The notes beneath the pieces are model-generated. The model was not told the origin of the DNA. It did not search any database and saw only the letters and a list, made by a program, of their open reading frames with translations. 42,330 nt of DNA from Bacteroidales bacterium. Its GTDB lineage: Bacteria > Bacteroidota > Bacteroidia > Bacteroidales > VadinHA17. Position numbers and translations under genes: made by a program. The stretch's first letter is position 1. Every line of letters begins with the position of its first letter. Location: the NCBI GenBank assembly GCA_049691735.1, contig JBAVOD010000217.1, forward strand, positions 1-42,330. Direction: 5' to 3'. This document shows positions 8,798 to 17,573 of this stretch, piece by piece.

Positions 8798-8895
8798 TTG
8801 AAAATGTCCCGGTAGTGACACCAGAGTTCCCAAAGTACGTGAAAAATTCTCAAAGGTTTTAAAGTCAATACGTTCTGAAAGTTAGACATTTTCAA
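8798..8895. repeat. 11-bp perfect inverted repeat TTGAAAATGTC (8798-8808) / GACATTTTCAA (8885-8895), separated by 76 nt, in the yicC/DUF3078 divergent intergenic region
   Basis: Read directly from the sequence. Confidence 0.8.
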
Positions 8896-9037
8896 CAAAT
8901 TTAACAACAGACTTCTTTTTCCTTGTTGGCATAACCGGGATATAATCTGGGGGAGGTAATCCACGTTATGAATATTTGGATCAGATGACGAAATGCATTG
9001 TTTTGCCGGCATTTCATTTCAATAATATACCGGATTC

Positions 9038-10672
9038 ATGAGAGAAAAATGTTTTCTCCTTTTATCAGCTGTCCTGTTTTTAATCGAAGGCCCTTCGGGA
9101 TACTCCCAGATCCCTCAGGCCGGCATCGGGTCGGAAAGAAGGATAACAGATACTCTTTCCAGGGAGCTGACGCAGGGACATGAAGCAGGAATGCCCGCGA
9201 TCAGCTTCACGCGCAACCAGGCTGTGGTGTTCCTTGAGAGGATCGGCCAGCCGGGGCTCTGGAAGAAACCTGATGATCCTTTCAGATCAGCACTGGGGCA
9301 GCTTGTTTTCGAGGCGATTCTTCCCCCGTTTGATTCGGCAGAATACGCTTTGAGATCATACCCCTATGATTCACTCGCAGTCCACGGTTTCAGGATCCTG
9401 AAGGATACAACCGTTATGACTCTTGCCGACACCCTGGGTGAGGCTTCGCTGAATGACCAGGATTTTCCATTCAGGTATTTCAGGTTCCCTTATCAGGCCG
9501 ATTCGATCAAAGCTGCAGTTGATGTTTTGCTTGGTTATCTTGAAAAACGGGACTCGAGCATTATCTATTTATCAGATGCGGAGGGCAGGAAATATCCGCT
9601 CCGGTTCAACTCGCACTCAGGGAATATAATGAGGTTCTGGCTTAAGAACGATATGAATGATTCGGTCAGCGTCTGGGTGGGAAATCCTGAGCGGAACACT
9701 ATCGGGCTTTTTCTTGAGAACGGGGTAAGCATCAGGCGGCCGATGAGGCAGGGATATTATTCCGAAGCCGGGATCAATGTCGAGAAACAGGATCGTACCA
9801 CTCTTATCGGTATTAATAAGATAAAAACAAAGACGCAGTTCTGGGATTTCAGGACTGAAGCCTCCTTTGCCCTGAACCAGGGAATGCTCTCAAACTGGGT
9901 CAAGGGCGGGGAGAGCAGCATTGCTTCGGCGCTTGATGTAACCTGGTTTGCAAACTACCTGAATAAGCCGATGCTACTGTCGTCGAGCCATTTTGTCAGG
10001 CTGAAGTATGGTATGATAGCTACCGGTGGCGAAAATTTAAGGACCAATCTCGACCTTCTCGAAACAAATTCAAAGTTTAACCACAAGGCTTTTGGTAAAT
10101 TTGACTTCAGCGCGATCATGCTTTTCAAAACACAGATCTCCAGAGGTTATAATTATCCGAACGATACTGTTCCCGTTTCGAGATTCATGAATCCTGCGAT
10201 CCTTACCCTTGGTATAGGTCTGGATTACAAGCCCAACAGGACAACATCCATAAACTTTTCGCCACTTTCGTATAAAGCCACTTTCGTTCCTGATACATCC
10301 CTGATCGATCAGACCAAGTACGGTATACCGGATAACAGGAAATCGATGCATGAGCCGGGAGCAAGCTTTCTGGTTTCCAACGAGTTCCGACCAGTGAAGA
10401 ATTTGCTGGTGACTAACAGGTTACAATTTTTTACAAACTATATCAATAAACCTCAGAATGTCGATGTCGATTGGGAGATGATACTCCTGGCGAACCTTAA
10501 CTGGTTCACCGATGTGCGGCTGAATACGCACCTTATTTATGATGATGATACCCGCACACCCGTTTTTGATAAGGAGAAAAATCCTGTTACTGATGATGAC
10601 GGAATTCAGAAAAAAACTGCAAGGATGCAGTTCAAGGAATTGCTGGGATTGTCTTTTATTTTCAGATTCTAA
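9038..10672 (+). CDS. Secreted outer-membrane beta-barrel-like protein (DUF3078-like C-terminal half, uncharacterised N-terminal half)
   Basis: 544 aa. Signal peptide MREKCFLLLSAVLFLIEG. LSNWVKGGESS motif recalled as DUF3078. Alternating beta-strand pattern and a C-terminal aromatic residue (...SFIFRF). Confidence 0.6.
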   Translation: MREKCFLLLSAVLFLIEGPSGYSQIPQAGIGSERRITDTLSRELTQGHEAGMPAISFTRNQAVVFLERIGQPGLWKKPDDPFRSALGQLVFEAILPPFDSAEYALRSYPYDSLAVHGFRILKDTTVMTLADTLGEASLNDQDFPFRYFRFPYQADSIKAAVDVLLGYLEKRDSSIIYLSDAEGRKYPLRFNSHSGNIMRFWLKNDMNDSVSVWVGNPERNTIGLFLENGVSIRRPMRQGYYSEAGINVEKQDRTTLIGINKIKTKTQFWDFRTEASFALNQGMLSNWVKGGESSIASALDVTWFANYLNKPMLLSSSHFVRLKYGMIATGGENLRTNLDLLETNSKFNHKAFGKFDFSAIMLFKTQISRGYNYPNDTVPVSRFMNPAILTLGIGLDYKPNRTTSINFSPLSYKATFVPDTSLIDQTKYGIPDNRKSMHEPGASFLVSNEFRPVKNLLVTNRLQFFTNYINKPQNVDVDWEMILLANLNWFTDVRLNTHLIYDDDTRTPVFDKEKNPVTDDDGIQKKTARMQFKELLGLSFIFRF

Positions 10673-11790
10673 AGCGCTTTCTGATATACCCTGAACCGTT
10701 TGACGATCTTGCCGTCAAGCCTTTCACATTCAGCACGCATTCTTGCATTATTTTCCAGTATAAGATGGCTGTCGATCAATTCCATCTTCCTTGTCTTTGC
10801 CGAACTGAACATCTTTACCGCCATCAGGATGTCAATACCCTGCCCCCGATATGATTTGGTTATTCCTCCAAGCATGAGCATCAGTTTTTTTGATTTCTTC
10901 ATTTCCTTCAGTATCCTGAAAATTCCGAAGGGGAGTAATTTACCCTTTGCAGCAATTATTCCCTTGCTCATATCCGGAAGACCAACTACGAACCCGATAA
11001 TTTTGCCATTTGTTCTGACAAGTTTGACGAACAACGGATCCAGGATAGGGAGATAACGCTTTGCCAGCTCTTCCTTTTCTTTATCGTTCAGAGGGACAAA
11101 TCCGTAAATTTCGCTGAATGTGTCGTTCATCAGCTCCAGGGCGGGTATTATGAACGGCTTGATTTCCCTTTTCGACCTGAATTCAATTATCTCAAATTCA
11201 CCTGTGTTATAAACCCTGTCATAGACTTTCAGGTACAGTGGAGGAGGCTCCGGAGGCAAAGGAATGTTATAATTTACAAGATCGATCTCCTTGATGTAAC
11301 CTTCCGATTCCATCATCTCAGGAAGGTAGGGCGAGTTTGTCGGGGCAGTGAAGAGATAAGGATATTCAAAGCCAAGGATCTGAAATCCCTGGGGATCTTT
11401 ATCTGAAAAGCCAAGCGGCCCCACAATTTTGACCATTCCATGTTCTTTTGCCCATCTTTCAACTCTTTCGAGGAGTGCATGCACCACCTCCCGGTCGTTG
11501 AAGCTCTCGAGGAAACAGAACCTGCCATGCTTTTCGTTCATTATGGAATTATACCTGTTATTGATAATGCCCATTACCCTTCCGACAGGCCTGCCATCCC
11601 TCCATGCAAGGAAGAAAACAGCATCAGCATATGTATACGACTTGTTCCTCTTCTTGTCGAAAAGCAACCATTCATCTGAATAAATGGGAGGCAGCCATGA
11701 AGTCTCATCCCTGTGGATCTTTGACGGTAAATAGATAAACCTGCTCAGATCTCTCCTGGTCAGGACTTCTTTAATAATGATTTCAGCCAT
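10669..11790 (-). CDS. Acyl-CoA N-acyltransferase (GNAT)-like protein, function unknown
   Basis: Long ORF with good coding character. The ATG at 11790 (MAEIIIKEV) is preferred over the TTG at 11805 used by the track. The GNAT-like assignment is by recollection only (RGQGIDILM segment). Confidence 0.6.
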   Translation of the reverse strand: MAEIIIKEVLTRRDLSRFIYLPSKIHRDETSWLPPIYSDEWLLFDKKRNKSYTYADAVFFLAWRDGRPVGRVMGIINNRYNSIMNEKHGRFCFLESFNDREVVHALLERVERWAKEHGMVKIVGPLGFSDKDPQGFQILGFEYPYLFTAPTNSPYLPEMMESEGYIKEIDLVNYNIPLPPEPPPLYLKVYDRVYNTGEFEIIEFRSKREIKPFIIPALELMNDTFSEIYGFVPLNDKEKEELAKRYLPILDPLFVKLVRTNGKIIGFVVGLPDMSKGIIAAKGKLLPFGIFRILKEMKKSKKLMLMLGGITKSYRGQGIDILMAVKMFSSAKTRKMELIDSHLILENNARMRAECERLDGKIVKRFRVYQKAL

Positions 11791-11860
11791 GTGCAACGTT
11801 TTCAACCACCAAGGAACAAAAAAATATTAATAAAACAAATTGAATGAATTCTTTAACCTG

Positions 11861-12733
11861 TCATCTTATCAGAATGTCAGTTATTACAAAAACAGCAAAG
11901 AGGAGGCTTGCCAGCCCGTTTGTTGTCTGGAATGCAAGAGTCACCTTTCTCAGATCGTCTGGTCTGACAATAATATGCTGATAAATAAGCAAGCCGACAA
12001 ATATAGCTGCACCAATCCAGAAGAAATAGCTTCCGTTGCCTTCAATTCCTGCCCATATCACAAGGAGAGCTGTCGCAGCATGCACCATGCCGGAAACTGA
12101 CAGTGCCCGTGATCTCCCGGCAACAGAAGGCAGGGAATACAGTTTCTGCTGCCTGTCAAATTCATCATCCTGCAGTGCATAGATGATGTCGAATCCGCTT
12201 ACCCATGTTATCACTATCAGGGAATATATAACCGGCAAAAGGCTGAAAGTCCCTGTCACTGAAATATATGCTCCCACCGGGGCCAGGCTGAGGCCGAGCC
12301 CCAGAATGAAGTGGCAGAGGGAAGTAAACCTTTTTGTCAGGCTGTATCCCAGGATGACAAGTAGCGCAACCGGTGAAAGGATAAGGGTAAGCCTGTTTAT
12401 GAAACCGGTTGCTGCAATGAACAGCCCGGCATTTACCACAACGAAGATCGCCACCGGCCTGTAGTCAAGCTTTCCTGAAGGTATCTCCCTCATACTCGTC
12501 CGGGGATTAAGGGAATCAAACTTCCTGTCGGCAAGCCTGTTAAAGCCCATTGCGGCGTTGCGTGCGAATATCATGCACAGGATTATGAGGATAAGAAGCC
12601 TCAGACTGAAGTGATACTCATCTTTGGTTATTGCCAGAACAAAACCGATCATTGCAAACGGCATGGCAAATACCGTGTGTGCAAACTTTATAAGTGAAAT
12701 GTATTTATGTGTTTCTTTTATAAGGTTTTTCAT
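11861..12733 (-). CDS. UbiA-family aromatic prenyltransferase (4-hydroxybenzoate polyprenyltransferase-like)
   Basis: 290 aa, multi-TM. Two Asp-rich motifs: NRLADRKFD and YALQDDEFD. Confidence 0.85.
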   Translation of the reverse strand: MKNLIKETHKYISLIKFAHTVFAMPFAMIGFVLAITKDEYHFSLRLLILIILCMIFARNAAMGFNRLADRKFDSLNPRTSMREIPSGKLDYRPVAIFVVVNAGLFIAATGFINRLTLILSPVALLVILGYSLTKRFTSLCHFILGLGLSLAPVGAYISVTGTFSLLPVIYSLIVITWVSGFDIIYALQDDEFDRQQKLYSLPSVAGRSRALSVSGMVHAATALLVIWAGIEGNGSYFFWIGAAIFVGLLIYQHIIVRPDDLRKVTLAFQTTNGLASLLFAVFVITDILIR

Positions 12734-12784
12734 CAGGTAAGTCTGGGTCTTTGCGATGGATCGGATGATCAGGATTACCGGGGA

Positions 12785-15241
12785 TTACCTGATCTTTGCA
12801 CCAAGTTTTTCCTCAAATGCCCTGATCAGGTTGGCCATCACCTTATCTATTGTTTTGTCGGTCAGTGTACTGCGATCATCCCTGAGAATGAAGCTTACGG
12901 CATACGACTTTTTACCAGGCCCGAGGGTATCGCTTTCATAGACGTCGAAGAGACCGGTTTCCCTGAGCAGGTTTCTTTCTGTCCTGTAGGCAATTTCCTC
13001 TATCTGGCTGAATCTTACGTTTTTATCTACCAGGATCGCAAGATCGCGCCTGACGTATGGATATTTTGGCAATTCCCTGTACGAGATGGCATTGCCCTTT
13101 ATGATGTTCATTATGTAGTCCCATTCAAGGTGGCTGTAATAAACATCCTGTCCGATGTCGAGTTTCCGCAGATACGGCTTTGAAATCTTTCCTGCCTCGG
13201 CTACAAGCTTGTCCCTGAATGAATAAGTGACCGATTCGCTGAAATATTTTTTTGCCGATTCGCCGGCCTGCAGTGATCCGGGTACCACACCAAGCCTTGA
13301 AAGAACCATTTCGGTCGCTGATTTAATGTCGAAAATATCATAGCTGCCCGGTTTGCTGTTCCAGCTTTCCTTTGTATGTTTTCCGGTAATGAAAAGATCA
13401 AACGCGGTCATTTCCGAAAAATCTTCAACAGCTGGGACTGGCGCCGATTTATTCTTCCTGAAGTAGCAATTACCGAATTCATAGAACTTCAGGTCGGGAT
13501 TCTGCCTGTTAAGATTCCAGGCAATTGAAGTCAGACCTCCGTAAAGAAGCGATTGCCTCATCACATTAAGATCGGAGCTAAGCGGATTTGCAAGCCGGAC
13601 AAGCTGCCCATCATCGAAATCCTCACTCTGCCCGTACCATGCCGACGGGTTAAGCGAGTTGCACATTATCTCAGTAAAGCCCGCACCTGTAAGCATATCC
13701 GAAACTATGTTGACTGCATTTTCCCTGTCGGGTTTCTCGATATATGAAAGGGTAGAGTTGACGTGATCGTTAACCTCAACATTGTTGTATCCGTAAATCC
13801 TCAGGATTTCCTCAATTACGTCGGCCTCCTGTTTTACATCGACGCGGTATGAAGGTACTTCCAGCAAGAGAATGTCGCCATATTCTCTTATTAAAGTGAA
13901 ATCGAGCAGTTCCAGGATCCTGCGGATGGTTCCCCTCTCAATATGCTTCCCTATGAGCCTGTTGATATTCCTGTAACCGACCTCAAGCCTGACGTTGGCA
14001 ATCTTTTCAGGGTATACGTCAATGATCCCGGAAGTGATCTTCCCGTTGGCAAGTTCCTTCATGAGGAGGCCCGCTCTTTCCAGAGCCCAGGTTGTTATAT
14101 TGGGATCGGTCCCTCTTTCAAACCTGAAAGAGGCATCAGTCTGAAGTCCATGTCTTTTTGAAGTTTTCCTTATTGAAACAGGATTAAAGTGCGCACTTTC
14201 AAGGAAAATGTTCCTTGTTGCAGAAGTAACCCCTGATTCAATGCCTCCGAATACTCCAGCGATGCACATGCCTACTTTTGTATCACATATCATGAGGTCG
14301 CGTGATGAGAGGTTTCGTTCAACAGCATCGAGAGTCACAAATTTTGTATTGTCGGGAAGGTTCCTGATTATTACCTTATTATCTGTTATTTTATCGGCGT
14401 CAAAAGCATGAAGCGGCTGTCCGATTTCATGCTGCACAAAGTTGGTGATATCCACCACGTTGCTGATCGGGTTAAGACCTATTGATTTGAGCTTTATCTT
14501 AAGCCATTCCGGCGATTCACCTATTGTGACATCACTGATAACCAGTCCTGAATATCTCGGGCAGTCTTTCGAATTTTCAACGATCACCTCGAACCTGCTT
14601 TCATTGCTGTCGGATCTGAAGGCATCAACAGATGGTAGTTCGGGCCTTGCGCTGATGCTCATATTGATGTTCATGTAAGCTGCAAGGTCGCGTGCTACTC
14701 CAAAATGGGAGCCGCTGTCTATCCTGTTTGGTGTAAGTCCGATCTCATAAACTGTGTCTTTTATCAGCTTGAAATAGTCGGCAGCCGGGGTACCGGGGAC
14801 TGCACCCCGATCAAGCACCATTATCCCTTCATGGCCCGTGCCCAGTCCAAGCTCATCTTCGGCACATATCATACCTTCTGAAATCTCACCTCTGATCTTT
14901 GATTTTTTTATTTCGATGCTCTGGTCCCCCTTTGTTACCACTGTCCCGACGGTGGCCACAGGCACTTTCTGACCTGCCTCAACATTCGGAGCGCCGCATA
15001 CTATATGAAGAAGTTCCGCTGATCCTATATCAACAGTTGTTACAAACAGCTTATCGGCATCGGGGTGCCTTTTACAGGTAAGTACCTGCCCGATTACGAC
15101 TCCACGCAGGCTTCCTCTGACCGATTCCCAATCTTCCACACTTTCCACTTCGAGCCCGATACCGGTAAGCACTTCAGCCACCTTATGGGCATCAAGATCA
15201 ATTTTAAGATAATCTTTCAGCCAGTTGTATGAGATCTTCAT
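12785..15241 (-). CDS. pheT: Phenylalanine--tRNA ligase beta subunit
   Basis: 818 aa. N-terminus MKISYNWLKDYL. Layout consistent with tRNA-binding, B3/4, B5 and FDX-ACB domains. Confidence 0.95.
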   Translation of the reverse strand: MKISYNWLKDYLKIDLDAHKVAEVLTGIGLEVESVEDWESVRGSLRGVVIGQVLTCKRHPDADKLFVTTVDIGSAELLHIVCGAPNVEAGQKVPVATVGTVVTKGDQSIEIKKSKIRGEISEGMICAEDELGLGTGHEGIMVLDRGAVPGTPAADYFKLIKDTVYEIGLTPNRIDSGSHFGVARDLAAYMNINMSISARPELPSVDAFRSDSNESRFEVIVENSKDCPRYSGLVISDVTIGESPEWLKIKLKSIGLNPISNVVDITNFVQHEIGQPLHAFDADKITDNKVIIRNLPDNTKFVTLDAVERNLSSRDLMICDTKVGMCIAGVFGGIESGVTSATRNIFLESAHFNPVSIRKTSKRHGLQTDASFRFERGTDPNITTWALERAGLLMKELANGKITSGIIDVYPEKIANVRLEVGYRNINRLIGKHIERGTIRRILELLDFTLIREYGDILLLEVPSYRVDVKQEADVIEEILRIYGYNNVEVNDHVNSTLSYIEKPDRENAVNIVSDMLTGAGFTEIMCNSLNPSAWYGQSEDFDDGQLVRLANPLSSDLNVMRQSLLYGGLTSIAWNLNRQNPDLKFYEFGNCYFRKNKSAPVPAVEDFSEMTAFDLFITGKHTKESWNSKPGSYDIFDIKSATEMVLSRLGVVPGSLQAGESAKKYFSESVTYSFRDKLVAEAGKISKPYLRKLDIGQDVYYSHLEWDYIMNIIKGNAISYRELPKYPYVRRDLAILVDKNVRFSQIEEIAYRTERNLLRETGLFDVYESDTLGPGKKSYAVSFILRDDRSTLTDKTIDKVMANLIRAFEEKLGAKIR

Positions 15242-15310
15242 GTTAGAAAAAAGAAATAAAAGTGTTCTGAATTAATGATTTACCAGGTATATTTAATTTC
15301 TTCAAAGTTG

Positions 15311-15318
15311 CAAAAATA
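15311..15318 (-). promoter_or_regulatory. Candidate Bacteroidota -7 box TATTTTTG (TAnnTTTG) for pheT
   Basis: The plus strand reads caaaaata. It lies about 70 nt upstream of the pheT ATG (15241). It matches the published Bacteroides -7 consensus. Confidence 0.35.
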
Positions 15319-15349
15319 AACAATTTATCTGAGGGTAAGTGTATTTATC

Positions 15350-15357
15350 TATCTTTG
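15350..15357 (+). promoter_or_regulatory. Candidate Bacteroidota -7 box TATCTTTG for surE
   Basis: Exact TAnnTTTG match 19 nt upstream of the surE ATG (15377). Confidence 0.4.
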
Positions 15358-15376
15358 TAGATCTAACATTGATTTT

Positions 15377-16159
15377 ATGGTTCCGGAGCTGAGCGATAAG
15401 CTTATCCTTGTGACAAATGACGATGGGTTGTATGCTGCAGGGTTGAGAACTCTTCTTGAGGTAATGGAGGAGTTCGGCAAGGTTGTGCTTGTATCGACAA
15501 TTGAAAGCATGTCGGGGATGTCGCAGGCTCTGACAGTAAAGACACCCTTAAGGGTAAAGCTTCTTGAGGAAACCGACCGCAGGAGGGTTTATGCCTGCAA
15601 CGGCACTCCCACCGATAGTGTCAAGCTTGCTGTGAACCAGCTTGTCGAAAGGAAGCCCGACTGGGTTGTATCAGGGATCAACCATGGTTCAAATGCCTCG
15701 GTTAGTGTTCTTTATTCGGGTACCATGGCAGCCGCAATAGAGGGTTGCCTTTACGGTATTAATTCAGTTGGTTTTTCCCTGAACAGTTTTTCACGTACTG
15801 CCGATTTCAGTGTCTGCAAGAAATACATAAGGATTGTTATGCAGAAACTTTCATCCGGATCGCTTCCCCCGGGGATCTGCCTTAATGTCAATATCCCTGC
15901 AGTTGCCGATAATGAGATAAATGGAATAATGATCTGCAGGCAGGCAAAGGGTAACTGGAAGGAGGAGTTCGAAAAGAGGAAGGATCCTATGGGGAAAACA
16001 TATTACTGGCTTACAGGTTTGTTCCAGAACCATGAACCGGATGCCACCGACACCGATGAATGGGCACTGGAACACGGTTATGTCTCGGTAGTTCCTGTTT
16101 CTGTTGATATGACCGCACATGGGTATATCGACAGTCTGAGAAAACAATTCGGTTCATGA
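15377..16159 (+). CDS. surE: 5'/3'-nucleotidase SurE
   Basis: 260 aa. N-terminal ILVTNDDG motif and GINHGSN motif. Confidence 0.92.
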   Translation: MVPELSDKLILVTNDDGLYAAGLRTLLEVMEEFGKVVLVSTIESMSGMSQALTVKTPLRVKLLEETDRRRVYACNGTPTDSVKLAVNQLVERKPDWVVSGINHGSNASVSVLYSGTMAAAIEGCLYGINSVGFSLNSFSRTADFSVCKKYIRIVMQKLSSGSLPPGICLNVNIPAVADNEINGIMICRQAKGNWKEEFEKRKDPMGKTYYWLTGLFQNHEPDATDTDEWALEHGYVSVVPVSVDMTAHGYIDSLRKQFGS

Positions 16160-16455
16160 CCCGGGCTGAAAAATACGACAGGCTGATACTGGGAGGCATT
16201 ACCGGTGTGCTGCTCCCCCTTCTGGCGGGAATTATTTTTTACCTTTTTTCTTCAGGAGACCAAAACCTTGCCGGATACACTAAAAAGATTGTAAGCTCCA
16301 ACATACTTACCCATGTCATTTCACTATGCGTTTTTCCAAATATTTTCCTGTTCCTTGTATTTAACCGGTTCGATATGCTGCGTGCAGCCCGCGGGGTACT
16401 CGGGGCTACCATCTTCTGGGCCATACTTGTCTTCTCAGTTAAGTTCCTTGTATGA
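16156..16455 (+). CDS. Small three-TM membrane protein, function unknown
   Basis: 99-aa ORF with three hydrophobic segments. ATGA-type 4-nt overlaps with both the surE stop and the lpxB start. Confidence 0.6.
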   Translation: MTRAEKYDRLILGGITGVLLPLLAGIIFYLFSSGDQNLAGYTKKIVSSNILTHVISLCVFPNIFLFLVFNRFDMLRAARGVLGATIFWAILVFSVKFLV

Positions 16456-17573
16456 AATACTTTATCATTGCCGGTGAACAGTCAGGCGACCTTCACGGAT
16501 CAAACCTTGTAAGGGAGCTTTTCATGGCTGACCGCAATGCGGTGATCAAGTGCTGGGGAGGCGACCTGATGGAGTCGGCAGGTGCTTCGCTCCTGATGCA
16601 TTACAGAAAAACGGCATTCATGGGATTTGTAGCTGTTCTGAAAAACCTGCGTGCCATAACCGCTAACCTGAACCTCTGCAAGTCACAGATCACTCAATTT
16701 GCTCCGGATGTTGTCATCCTGATCGATTACCCGGGGTTTAACCTCAGGATCGCCGGGTTTGCAAAGGAATCGGGGATAAAGGTCTTCTATTATATCTCAC
16801 CTAAACTCTGGGCATGGAATGAAAAGAGGGTTGAGAAAGTACGACGGTATGTTGACAGGATGTACATCATTTTCCCATTCGAGAAAGAGTTTTACAAAGG
16901 ACATGGCATTAAGGCGGAGTACATGGGAAATCCTCTGATGGACGAGATTGAGCGCAGGAAACTGGCCCTGCCCGATAATGAAGTCATAAGAAGCTCCCTT
17001 GGAATTGATGGCAAACCCGTTGTTGCTCTGGTGGCAGGAAGCCGTAGAAATGAGGTTGAGTACGTTCTCCCGCAAATGGTCAAGGCAGCTGAAAATTTCA
17101 GGGAGTACCGGTTTATTGTTACAGGAGTCAGGAACCTGCCTGATGAACTTTACCTTAAGATCATCGGGGAAAAGCCCGTAATTCTTATAAAGGATATGAC
17201 CTACGAGGTACTGAGCATATCGGAGGCAGCCCTCGTTACCTCAGGGACGGCTACTCTCGAAACAGCACTTTTCAATATTCCGCAGATTGTTTGTTTCAGG
17301 GGCGATTTTATTTCAATGGCAATAGCATGGATCGTGATAAAGGTGAAGTTCATTTCCCTGGTAAACCTGATACTCGGATACGAAGCTGTAAGAGAACTGG
17401 TACAGTATTCGCTCAATGAAAAAACTATCGGGGCAGAACTGAAGTCAATTTTGCCGGGGGGATCAAAGAGGGAAAGGATGCTTGAGGATTACAGGAAGAT
17501 CAGGCAGATACTCGGGCCCGCCGGTGCCTCGGCCAGGGTAGCGGGTGACATGATTGAAAACCTGCCAGCCTGA
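16452..17573 (+). CDS. lpxB: Lipid-A-disaccharide synthase
   Basis: 373 aa. N-terminal IIAGEQSGDLHGSNL motif and SGTATLETAL motif. Confidence 0.92.
   Translation: MKYFIIAGEQSGDLHGSNLVRELFMADRNAVIKCWGGDLMESAGASLLMHYRKTAFMGFVAVLKNLRAITANLNLCKSQITQFAPDVVILIDYPGFNLRIAGFAKESGIKVFYYISPKLWAWNEKRVEKVRRYVDRMYIIFPFEKEFYKGHGIKAEYMGNPLMDEIERRKLALPDNEVIRSSLGIDGKPVVALVAGSRRNEVEYVLPQMVKAAENFREYRFIVTGVRNLPDELYLKIIGEKPVILIKDMTYEVLSISEAALVTSGTATLETALFNIPQIVCFRGDFISMAIAWIVIKVKFISLVNLILGYEAVRELVQYSLNEKTIGAELKSILPGGSKRERMLEDYRKIRQILGPAGASARVAGDMIENLPA

Noticed and set aside
8788-9012. 74-aa minus-strand ORF in the yicC/DUF3078 intergenic region
   Set aside because: It has no motif, signal peptide or coupling to its neighbours. 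It covers the AT-rich divergent promoter region and the inverted repeat. There is insufficient evidence for coding.
12707-13183. 158-aa plus-strand ORF antisense to pheT. Similar long antisense ORFs occur at 498-1084, 2081-2488, 20370-20741, 21358-21753, 22822-23766, 25267-25868, 28195-28611 and 31960-32316.
   Set aside because: All lie entirely within strongly supported genes on the opposite strand and have no motifs of their own. They are typical shadow ORFs in a mid-GC genome.
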